Below are positions 11,664 through 22,045 of a stretch of DNA of 64,000 bases, in pieces. This stretch comes from Selaginella moellendorffii (lineage: Eukaryota > Plantae > Lycopodiophyta). A program made the position numbers and the translations under genes. The DNA lies in assembly GCF_000143415.4 (NCBI RefSeq), contig NW_003314282.1, positions 1,383,374 to 1,447,373 of the forward strand, in the 5' to 3' direction. Position 1 is the stretch's first letter. Every line of letters starts with the position of its first letter. Under the pieces are notes generated by a model that did no database searches, had not been told where the DNA came from, and was given only the letters and a program-made list of their open reading frames with translations.

Positions 11664-12954
11664 ATGGCTACCTTGAGTTTAGCAGAACTTGCGAGCGCCT
11701 TGCCACGGTGCAGCAAGAGGAGCCACCATCTTCTGCTACAAGTGTCTGGAAAGAACAATGCGAGGATAAATGCGTTAGGAGGTAGTGGTAGTAGCAGTGT
11801 AGTAGTGCACAGGAAGAGATACCGAATGCAGGTGGGTGTTGGAGACGATGATCTTTACAGTGTGGAGGATGTTATAGATGATCAAATCGAGTCTACTCTA
11901 GACATGCTGGACGAGGGAGCTGACAAGACTGCCGAGGAGCTACTCCTTGGATTTGGCTTACCTCCTCCTGCTTTTGCCGCTGCTCCCGTTGAAGCAGGCC
12001 CTGAAGCAGCGGATGGAGCAACTGAGGACAGGCTAGAGAGCGTTATCGCGGCCGGAACGGTTGTGGAGTACAAGATCAACGAGGACGAGTTTCACAAAAT
12101 CAGCCTCCACGAGTGTGATTTCTTCATTCGAAAGGTACCCGATCCTGACGACAACGTATATGATTTCAGAGAAGTAAGTTTAAAGCTGGTGTTCGCTGCC
12201 TTCGTTTGGCTGAATGGATCTTTCAGATGTATGTCACACCTCCGGATACTGATGTTTATTCAATCCCCAAGGTTATCGGGAAAATGCCGAAGCAGGTTCG
12301 TGAACCATGGTCTCTCGCTCACTGCGCGTCACAAACGTTACGTTTTTTTAAGCAGAATACGAGGTGCAACCTGGGAAAATGGAATGAAATAGTTCTTGTT
12401 CGAAGCAACGACAGAAACAAACCACGAGAGGCGATGGGCAGAAACGAGTTTCACGCTCTCAAAGTAAGCTCTGATGTTACCCCGTCCGAACTAACGTCTC
12501 CGTTTGTTTCTCAAGGAAGGTTTTCCTTATAAAGCACTATAGAAACCGGAGGATGGAGGCCCCAAACTTCGTTCTCAACTTTGAAAAGGTGTTTGTGCTG
12601 GACGGAGCGACGAAATCTATTAGAAAAGCCAAAGTCAAGGTACCGCCGAACACAAGTTAAGTCCGGAATGAGCTACTTACCTGGTCCACAGATCGAAGTT
12701 CCTGGCGGTAAGGATCGAGATAGAAGCAAAGAGATTCTCACCATCAGAGACGGAGGAAAGACATTTACCATCATTCCACAGGTACGTAAGTTTTGTAGTG
12801 ACCTGACCAAACAACTCGCACAAATCTTTCCTGCCAGGAAAAACGGAAATCACCCGACGAAGTTATCGCGGAATTCGAATGGAAGAGATCCCGGGAAGAG
12901 TTTGAAAAGTATCTGAGAACTTTCCGGGACTTTGAAACGTCAAACTGGTTTTGA
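11664..12954 (+). CDS. PTAC6: Plastid transcriptionally active chromosome protein 6 (PAP8), multi-exon
   Basis: Transit-peptide-like N-terminus; EFHKISLHECDFFIRK.PDPDDNVYDFRE|MYVTPPDTDVYSIPK; C-terminus FEKYLRTFRDFETSNWF*. Confidence 0.88.
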
Positions 12955-13109
12955 TATAACAGAGAGAAGCTAGAAAACCAAAAGGACCGCTCACATGAAT
13001 GCCATACGTTCCTTAATCATACACAGAATGCATAAGAAAACATTACACCCGAAAGAAAATGGAGAACACAACGAAAATGACAGACGAGGAATAAAAACTA
13101 CCTGTAGAG

Positions 13110-13764
13110 TTATTTTCTCGATTTCGTACGGTGCCTTCCATCCTCCTCCCTGTGCAAAGATCAACGCAGTAGAGCTCCTCGGGCTGGCGGTTCTTCCCAA
13201 AGTTGACACTTTCGATGCTCTTTGACACGAGAACGTTCCGATTCTTCCCAAGCTCCACATTTTCGCTCATGTCGAAGTCGTACTTCGCGAGTCTCTTGCA
13301 GCCCGGATCAGTGACGTAACGGGGAGCAATTTCGGAACTCGAGCTGAAAAGCTCTATGCACACCGATCTCTGATCCTCTGATCCGGGAAAAATTGCGAGT
13401 TACACTTTGAAACCGACAATTGCCGCGGTTGTGAACTCGTAAAAGTTAAAACAGGACTTCCCAAGCGTTTACCTGCAAAATCACGTTGTTTTGAGGAAGG
13501 GAGCCCGTCTCTTTCTTGTAGAAGTCTCTCTTGTTCTCCTCTTGATCAATCTCCGATCGTCTCTGCTATGGCTTCCGACTCTTGTTCTTCCGAATCGAAG
13601 GTGATAGTGGGCCTGGATTTTGGGACTACATTCCCAGCTCGCCAGCTTCTGACCCAAATCAAAACGATGCACGAATGAGAAGCCAGAAAATGTAGTCCAA
13701 AATCCAGGCCTACCATCATCTTAGATTGGGAAGAACAAATAGCGGCGCCGCTACCACCACCCAT
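13110..13764 (-). pseudogene. Remnants of HSPA12-like (atypical Hsp70) gene(s): N-terminal GLDFGTTFSG and C-terminal PRYVTDPGC segments, middle missing
   Basis: Minus-strand MGGGSG...MMVGLDFG(frameshift)TTFSGFSF from 13764; ELFSSSSEIAPRYVTDPGCKRL...GKNRNVLV at 13230-13360; an inverted second 5' end MASDSCSSESKVIVGLDFGTTF on + from 13568. Confidence 0.6.
13582..13738. repeat. Inverted repeat (fold-back), ~51-bp arms, ~56-nt loop
   Basis: 13582-13632 vs the reverse complement of 13689-13738: 5 mismatches and one gap by manual alignment. Confidence 0.85.
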
Positions 13765-14293
13765 GACTGTCTGAGTGAGACCTTGTTTGACACCAAAAAC
13801 CAAGAATATGAGCTGAATCTCATTAATAACGCAAAATGAATACCTTGATCATTCCTGAGAGAGAGAAAAATGTAGGCTCTCGGCTCTTACTTATTTGTTT
13901 CTGGAAAAGCTCTGGCTGGTTTCTTTCTTCATGTTCTAGGCACAGGCATTGGAGCTTGGAATCGGCTCCTCTCAGGTAAAAGTAAAATCTCTTGTGTTAT
14001 TTGCTACCGGTAATCTCTGTCGCAGTAAAAATTCTTGAGCTGGAGATATCAAAAATATCTTTTCACCGACAAAAGTCTCGAGGAGATTCATCACCTCGAT
14101 CGCATACCTCCGCCTCAAAGCTGTTCTTCACTGAGCTTGATGATCTCCTTTGAAACCATCTTGGGGACAATTAAAAGTTTAAACAGGGCTTCCCACAAGT
14201 TTACCTCCTAGTGCAAATCACGTCCCTTGAATGCTCGGAATCTCTCTCGCTCTCCTCTTCATCGGTCTCCCGATCGCGCAGCCTCTTGGCCTA

Positions 14294-14783
14294 TGCAACC
14301 TGGGAAAATGGAATGAAATAGTTCTTGTTCGAAGCAACGACAGAAACAAACCACGGGGTAGAAACGAGTTTCACGCTCTCAACGAGTAACTTCTGACGTT
14401 TACCTCGTAGCAACGAAATCTATAAGAAAAGCCAAAGTCAAGGTACCGAGCACAAGTTAAGCCCAGAGTGAGAGCTACTTACCTGGTCTACAGATCGGTA
14501 AAGATCGGGATGGAACCAAAGAGATTCTCACCATCAGAGGCGGAGGAAAGACATTTACCATTGTCCGTACCTCACCTCACCAGTTTTGTATTGACCTGAC
14601 TAAACAACTCGCACGGATTTTCCTGCCAGGAAAAACGAAAATCACCCGACGAAGTTATCGCGGAACGAGATCCCGATCCGAGTTTGAAAAGTGTTTGAGA
14701 ACTTTCCGGGACTTCGAAACATCAAACTGGTTTTGATATAACAAGAGAAAGCTAGAAAACCAAAGGGACCACTCACATGAATG
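14294..14783 (+). pseudogene. Partial duplicate of the PTAC6 3' half (intron-containing, with deletions)
   Basis: Near-identical to 12365-13000, including tgcaacctgggaaaatggaatgaaatagttc and aaactggttttgatataaca. Confidence 0.88.
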
Positions 14784-14837
14784 ACTTGGAGAGCAATCTC
14801 TCGTAAACCAAGCTCTATACACAGCGCTGCGAAGAAC

Positions 14838-15220
14838 TCATACCCAGTCGGGATGAGCATCGCTGTCGCCATCCATGGCCTGTAAGACAAAGGATGAGTA
14901 AGAAGAAAGAAAGAAAAAAGAAAGAAAGCTTTGAGCTGTTTTAGAACGACTTGTCCTACCAGCAACAAACGCCTTGTCTTTATCATCGGTGGACGATCCG
15001 CGAGAGAATTTTGGAGCGGCACTTTACCTCGATCGGCGCCATGGTTGAAGCTAAAGGCGTGGCTCACTCGATCCTGGCGATGCGCGCTCGCATCCCACGG
15101 GCGGGTGAAGAGCGCGATGCAAAAGACCAAGCCGATGACGCCGATCGCGAGAAATATCCGGTTCTTGCGAAGGAAATCCAGGAGCTGCCTCGATTTCTCG
15201 GGAATGTGGCAGATTCCCAT
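14838..15220 (-). CDS. Small 100-aa protein with one hydrophobic segment, 2 exons (14960-15220, 14838-14879), unknown function
   Basis: MGICHIP...RIFLAIGVIGLVFCIALF...KTRRLLL|AMDGDSDAHPDWV*. Phase-0 GT-AG intron with a T-rich tract. Confidence 0.55.
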
Positions 15221-16439
15221 GGCGATCGCCTGCACAGCAAGAAAGACGGATGAAAAACCTAGGTTCTTGGCGCGATTCCAAGATCGAGACGATGCTACCT
15301 TGAATCAACGAGCACGCCGAGAATTCCCACAAATCAAGAAGAATGCCGCAGGAAACAGGATGGATTTCGAGCAAACCTCGAGCGATCGGCGCCGAAATCC
15401 GGCCAGATTTCTAGAGGATCGGCACAGCGCAGCGCATCATTACACCCTAGCGCGCTGAAATTTCGAGGAGGAGCGTGCGTCACACAATCACCGCTTCCAC
15501 ATTCCAGTTGCCTGTATGATCACCCAACGAATATCCTCTTTGGCCGCCAGTCTCGTGTTCGAATATGGAGATCACACTACACCAAAGAATATCCCCTTCA
15601 CACCCAAAGGATATCCTCTTTCCAGTCTGGTGTTCGAACCTGTGGACTAGCATGAAAAAGAAAAACTACATCGTAAGATTTCTTCTATGACGATTCAAGT
15701 TCGCCAATGCAAAAATCATCGATCATCTGGAAAACTCTCGTTACATGTTGCGGTCTGTGAGGAGAAAAAAAAACGGGATTTAAACCGCAGTAAGAGTGAA
15801 AAAAACCTTTTTTACCCGAAAAATCCTTCGGTGGAATCACCACCAGCGTTGTTTAGAATGCTATCGCCTCCCGGATGCTCCTCCACGTACGAAGTCACAT
15901 CGTAAACCTGCGGTAAAAAATTTCTCCAGATTTTACCCTCTAGAAGCTTTCAAATCTCCAATGCTACCTTGTTCTTGACAATGATCCAGCAATCGTCCCT
16001 GGATTTGTGCTTGCTCACTTCGGCGAGCGTGTAAGACTTGCGTCCCTTTAGAGCGATCGAAAAACTAAATAAGAAGCAAAATACAGCCAGAGTTCACCTT
16101 TAATCCATCTGCATTGCCCAGATTTGCGCTATTCGATCGCGATTTCGCTGGAGATGGAGATTCGATGAAAGAACAAAACTAAAACACCCGAGAGAGAAAT
16201 CGCAAACCTATTCTTGACGACAGGTAGAAGAAGACGAGCGGAAGCAGCAAGATTAGCCCGACAGCCGGAAGTATCCCGAGCTCCATCCAAGAGCCCTAAT
16301 TTTAGGGACATGAAGAGCCCTAATCTTTAATCCTTTTTTTGGATAAACCAATGGTTTTTATAAGTACCACCATTTTGGGAACCTTTTTCTTACTATAATC
16401 AGAGAAGAACTTAGGGTTCTTCACTCACAGTTGAAGGAA

Positions 16440-17087
16440 ATGAAGCCGATTTGGAGAGGCCCAGGCGAGCAATTGCAAGCCAGCTGCTGCAGGTTCCGGA
16501 GATCCATTGAAGATGTCAGCGAGAGCGCCCTAAAACAGGTGTCGCGCACAAAGTTGACGGACATGCAAGTCTCCTTTACGTACAACATGTGTAGATATCT
16601 CCGCGACGCGTCAGCCTTCGTAAGATTGGCCAGGGGTGGGATGGGCGAAAAGGCCAGATACATAATCACTTTGATAGACTCCCTGGCCATGACCTTTGCC
16701 AGCGAAAACTATGGGAACCTCTTTACGTTTCCAGAGAGCTGCCAGGAGATCCTCCATGACGCGCGCAAAGTGAAGGATGCCAAGCTCAAGAAGACGATCG
16801 AGAGCTTCGCGAGGGGCGAGCAGCGAGAGGAGGATCAGGAGCCGCTGGTGCACAGCGCTGTTCTAGCCAACGTGTTTGGAGACATCGAAAGGGTTTGTGG
16901 TGGAAAGGGCGATCCCGAGGCCCAGGAAGGCGTCTACCGCCTGTCCATCGTTTACGCCTACCTGAAACTCATTGAGAAGCAGAGCCGGGAAGAGCCAAAT
17001 TTTCTCACTGACTGGCAGATTTCTCGGTTGATGTCCAGCACAAATCCAAGACCTCACAAACGATCTACCATCCAATCTGTAAGCTAG
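16440..17087 (+). CDS. Hypothetical intronless ~215-aa protein
   Basis: Open frame with coding-like GC content, flanked by AT-rich sequence and upstream telo-box-like motifs. No family recognised. Confidence 0.55.
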   Translation: MKPIWRGPGEQLQASCCRFRRSIEDVSESALKQVSRTKLTDMQVSFTYNMCRYLRDASAFVRLARGGMGEKARYIITLIDSLAMTFASENYGNLFTFPESCQEILHDARKVKDAKLKKTIESFARGEQREEDQEPLVHSAVLANVFGDIERVCGGKGDPEAQEGVYRLSIVYAYLKLIEKQSREEPNFLTDWQISRLMSSTNPRPHKRSTIQSVS

Positions 17088-17279
17088 AATTTCTAAGGTA
17101 TGCAGGGTTTGAATTCCTTTATGACAAATTAGAAGGCTTCATTGAACGCAGGTGTAGTGGTAATTCTCCTTTGATTGGAAGAAAGAATTCTGGGTTCATC
17201 CCCAACTTAATTTTTTTTGGTTTAGATATGTTTTATAGGGTTTCCAAAAGGTTTAAAATCATGCGAAAGCGTTTTGGCG

Positions 17280-18723
17280 ATGGACGGCCTTCCCGACGAG
17301 CTGCTCGTCCGAATCCTGTCCCTCCTCTTCTCCTCTCGCCACTTGTATTCGTGTTCTCTGGTGAGCAAGCGGTGGGCACATCTGGTAAGGCTCGTCACGC
17401 ATTTCAGCCTGGAATCCACAAGCGCCGCCGCCGAGGAGCAAGGCCTCGTCCGCTGGTTTGGCAGCAGCAATACTGGTACCAACCTCCGATCCTTGTCTTT
17501 CAGCGCTGCGCCATCACCCAAGCGCTGCTGTTCGCTTGGCTGGCTAGAGGGGATTGGCAAAAATCTCCACTCGCTTTCCATCGGCAGCTATACGCGGTTT
17601 GTGGATGGTTTCTGGAGCAGCATCGCGGCCTGCCAGAAGCTCCGCTGCCTTCACATCGACGCCATGCTCGATCCTTTGCCAGCGGAGGCGGCGCCGCCCA
17701 TCCTGCCCAATCTCCGCTTGTGCTTTCTTGAGGGAGGAGTGGATGTTTTCACCCTGCAGCAGCTCCTCGCGCACTGGAAATCTCTTGTTCATTTGAAGCT
17801 GAACAACGTCGTGGTGAAATCGCCCGGCACGTATCTGCTCGAGAGCCAGAGCCTCGACTCCCTCTTCCTGAGGACCAGGAAGTCCGTCCATGTCAACTTT
17901 TCTATCGCCTTGGACATGCCCAAGCTCCGCTGTATGTTCTGCAATGCGGTGCCGCGCGTGGAGCTCCTCCCGTCTACGTGCAATGTGGAGTGGATCAAGC
18001 TGCATGGGGACGTGCGGGACATCCAGGGCCTGCGCTTGTCCAAGCTCAAGATGCTCACCATCGGCAGCACCTTTGCTAGCTCTGCCCACCTCACGCAGAG
18101 GCTCGAGCCCATTGTCAGCAGGAAGTCCAGCCTCGGCGGAATCAGGGAGCTGCATCTGTTGCTGAGTCCGGCGGTCTTGCCCCACCCTCGCTCCGTCAAC
18201 CTCGCCGCACTCCTGGAGCCATTCCACGGCCTCGAGGTGCTCGAAGTCGCTCGCAGGGCGATCAAGGTATTTGGAGGATGATTACTGTGATAGTTCCCGA
18301 TCTGATATATATCCTATGCAGCTGCTGAGCCTGGAGGAGTGGAGTGACAGGCATGCACCGTTGCGCGTCCGCATTTTCTCGCCCTACTCAACCGAGGTGG
18401 ACGTGGAGAGCGCGTGGAACAGCGACGAGGTTGAGTTTGTGTGGGGGCTCATGGGAAGCAGCAGCTGTGTGACGCTGCTCGAGATACAGAGCTTGGCGGG
18501 TTGTCGGGTTCCAGAAGAGCGTCGGCCTCGGATTCCAGGAGCAATCCAGGAGGTGGCGGATGCGTTCCCGGGGCGTGTCAAGCTGCATCCATTTCGCTAT
18601 CAAGTCCCGCGGATGTGCGGCCAGCTGTGGCACCTGATCAAAGCTGGAGTCTACTCGGAAGCTCTGCACACTGAGAGCGACCACCCATGTAAATGTGTTG
18701 ACGTCGTGACCATGTGTGCATGA
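17280..18723 (+). CDS. F-box/LRR-like protein, 2 exons (intron ~18267-18321)
   Basis: MDGLPDELLVRILSLL...CSLVSKRW F-box motif followed by leucine-rich repeats; aag|gtattt...tatgcag|ctg intron. Confidence 0.82.
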
Positions 18724-19093
18724 TCAATTCATTTTTCCTGTGCTTATTATAATTATGATCATCTTTAAAATGATGTGCTTTTGGTTATTACACCACAAAA
18801 CCCTAGCGCCCAGAGTCGATTGGAAAGCGTCGTAAAGGTTGGTAAATCCATAACAATAACATATCTTTGTTTTAAAGAACAAAATTATTGAGCGTCACAG
18901 AATATGATGGTAACTATATGGACAATTAAAAAATATAGTTGCTGTTGCATTGTAGCAATGCTTGGTTTGTTTATATATTTTAATATTTTAATTGTATGTA
19001 AAATTTTAACATTTATTATGTATTTTTTTAAAATTTATATATTTGTTTTAACGTTTTTGGGCTTTACAAGCAAAGCCCTAATATTAGTTCCAT

Positions 19094-19834
19094 ATGGGAG
19101 AGCTGGACGTTGCTCTCGAGGCAGCCATAGCAGCCTACGAGCGTGGCGATCGAGAGGGCCAGGGGCCATTTCTTGTCGCCCGGAACGTACCCTGGCAATC
19201 TTACGATGCATGGATGTGTGGCCTCGAGTGCTGCTGGCGGCTGGAATTCAAGGCCGGGGATGTGTGGATGCACGGGGATCCTTCCATCGTTCACGAGACA
19301 ATCTCAAACTGGTTCAACACTATGATCATCACCCAGATCCAGTGCATCCCCGAGGTTGAGTGCGCCATCGACGTGATCTCCGCCGCCAGGGCCTCCCGCC
19401 TGGCGACGATTCGAGGCGACAAAGAGCCGGACCAGTGCTACTTCTCCTCCTCAGTCCTCGAGCCACAGCGAGCGGTGATCGAGGTGGCGTACAAGAACGA
19501 GGGGCTGGAGGCGCTCAAGAGCTCGGTGGATCTGTGGGAAGCCAGTGGCTCGCTGCTGGCGATTGGTGTCAAGATCACCCGGGAGCTCGATCTCACGTTT
19601 GTAGCCAAGGAGCGTGGCGCAGCGGCGGCGACAGAGCTAAAGTTTGGGCCTGAGTTTCTGGATGAGAGTAACCAGGAAGCGTTTGTGGTGGAGTTTCCAT
19701 TGTCGTGCTTTACTGGGGATGTGGAGGGCGATCACCGCATCAGGTTTGATCTCTTTGGGCTGCAAAAGTATGTGATTAAGATGATCGAGCACGAGAGAGT
19801 AGCCAAGGAAATGACACTACCTGTAAGAAAATAG
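19094..19834 (+). CDS. Uma2/DUF820-like PD-(D/E)XK restriction-endonuclease-fold protein, intronless
   Basis: NVPWQSY, RLEFKAGDV, PSIVHE, KEPDQCY, AVIEVAYKNE, L....LW: the motif order typical of Uma2-family proteins. Confidence 0.68.
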   Translation: MGELDVALEAAIAAYERGDREGQGPFLVARNVPWQSYDAWMCGLECCWRLEFKAGDVWMHGDPSIVHETISNWFNTMIITQIQCIPEVECAIDVISAARASRLATIRGDKEPDQCYFSSSVLEPQRAVIEVAYKNEGLEALKSSVDLWEASGSLLAIGVKITRELDLTFVAKERGAAAATELKFGPEFLDESNQEAFVVEFPLSCFTGDVEGDHRIRFDLFGLQKYVIKMIEHERVAKEMTLPVRK

Positions 19835-20125
19835 TGATTTCGTATAGAGGTTCTTCTACTCCAATGTTGCCTTTCTCAATTTTAACAAGAGATCTTTTGT
19901 GTCAGTTGCGGTGATCTGGAAATGAAAACGATCATACATCAGTGACAATACACGCCCGTAGAAAACTCACCTTGAGGAACTTAGAAACAAAACGAGCAGC
20001 AGCTACGCCACTGTGCTCAGGCATCACCGAGCCTGAAAAACTAGACATAAAAACGTTCGTCAGTCAGTGGAGAGGATTTGTGAAAGTTGCTACTTACTAA
20101 AGTTGTATATTCGCTTTTATGTACG

Positions 20126-21699
20126 TTAGTTCTTCCTCCTGGCTCGTTTCTTCAAAAACTCTGGAACTTCAGTCACCTTGTTCCAGCTCTTACCCCTCTC
20201 CCAATCGAAGATATCGTCTTCCACCGTCTTGTATCTCAGAGAGTACGAGCTTTCAGCGCCACCTTTTTCACTGCTCTGATCCTGGAACCCCGTCGCGATC
20301 ACGGTCACACGGATCTTTCCCTTGAAGCTCTCGTCGATCACAGCGCCAAAGATCACATTGGCATTGGGATGAGCGATGCTGTAAATCCTGTCCGCCACCA
20401 CGTTCACTTCGTGGAGAGTCAAGTCGGGCCCCCCTGTTACGTTGTAGACGATTCCCATCGGCCTGTTCATCGAGCACTGGAGAAGCGGAGACATGATCGC
20501 CGCTCGGGAGACTGCCTCGGCACGATCCTTTCCGTGGCCCCCAACGCCGATGCCCAGCATCGCACTGCCAGCGTTCGACATGATCGCCTTCACGTCCGCA
20601 AAATCTACGTTGACGAGCCCGGGAACTGTGATGATGTCCGAGATGCCTTGCACACCTTGCCGGAGGATGTCGTCCGCGAGGCCGAAAGCTTCCACGATGG
20701 AAGTGTTGGCACTCACCATCTCGAGCAGCTTGTCATTTGGAACCACCACCAGAGTGTCGGACGCGTTCTTCATGGCCTCCATCCCGAGACGGGCTCCGGC
20801 TGCTCGCTTCTTCCCCTCGAAAGTGAACGGTTGTGTCACGATTCCAACCGTGAGTGCTCCCATTGCTTTGGCCAAGCGAGCAACAACTGGTCCTGCCAAA
20901 GTTAACAACGTTAGTGTCTAAGCGATGGATGGTCAAACAATCTCTAGCTCAATGCGAAGAACACTCACGAAACAATCTCTAGCTCAATGAGAAGAACTCT
21001 CACGAAACAATCTCGATCTCAATGCGAAGAACACTCACGAAACAATCTCTAGCTCAATACGAAGGACTCTCACGAGAAACAGTAAAGATAAACTCCAGAA
21101 CAAACAAAGAAGAATGACTAACCTGCGCCGGAGCCAGTGCCTCCACCCATACCAGCAGCAATGAAGATAAGATCTGCGCCTTCGAGCGCCATCGAGAGCT
21201 CGGCCAGTGATTCCGTTGCTGCTTCCTCGCCAACTTCGATCTTTCCCCCGGAGCCTCTTCCAAATGTCGTCTCCTTCCCAATCTGGAGCTTGTTTGGAGC
21301 GATGCATCGCCGCAAAGCCTGAGAATCCGTGTTGACAGCCCAAAACTCTACGTTTGGAAGCCTGGAATTCACCATCTGGCTCACCGCATTGCATCCGCCT
21401 CCACCGACGCCAATGACCTTGATCACAGCCTTCCCGGCCATGCTCGAAGCTCTGACCGTGGCCATCGACGTGACCGCATCGAGGAAATCCCTCCCGTCCG
21501 CCCCAACATTCGATCCATTCCCACCCGCATTCCAGGAATTTACGTGGTGGATCACCGAAGAAGCAGACGCGAAGATCGACAGAAAATTCTCGCGCCGGAA
21601 AAATGGAAGGCTGGAGAAGTGGCAGCGGCGAGAAGAAATCTTCGTCGATTCGCAGCTGCGCAGCAAGGAGATAGAAGATGCGAGCGCCCCTTGCTCCAT
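20126..21699 (-). CDS. ftsZ: Plastid division protein FtsZ (C-terminal core peptide present; FtsZ2/3-type), 2 exons, intron 20893-21122
   Basis: [42 protein letters not shown]-terminal EVPEFLKKR; transit-peptide-like N-terminus. Confidence 0.93.
20935..21076. repeat. Intronic minisatellite, 4 copies of a ~35-bp unit
   Basis: aaacaatctctagctcaatgcgaagaacactcacg repeated four times with small variants. Confidence 0.9.
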
Positions 21700-22045
21700 C
21701 GCTCTCGACACTACATTTGCGAGCCCTAAAATCTCTCTAAAACCCTAAATTTTCTAAAATTTGGATTAGCCCTAATCCTTTATCAAGGCAACTATTTATT
21801 TAATTTTTATTCAGATTATTTGTGGATTTTTTATTGTGAGCCAATGCAAAATTTAGCCCGTTTTTCGTATGCTCCTCTCGAAAGTGTTGGATTCGTTTTC
21901 TGTGGTTGTCGTTATGCAGTTAGCACGATTTATATTCTTTTTACAATAAACAATTATTGTAATTTTAAACAGGGCTAAAATTAAATAAATAGACAAAACT
22001 TTCGATAGCCTTTGAGTGAGAGGAGAAGGGCTTGAGGCGCGCGCC

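Noticed and set aside
20935-21076. 35-bp repeats as a CRISPR array
   Set aside because: The units are head-to-tail with no spacers and lie inside the FtsZ intron, so this is a minisatellite.
20126-21699. Bacterial contamination suggested by ftsZ
   Set aside because: It has a spliceosomal intron, a transit-peptide-like N-terminus and plant neighbours.
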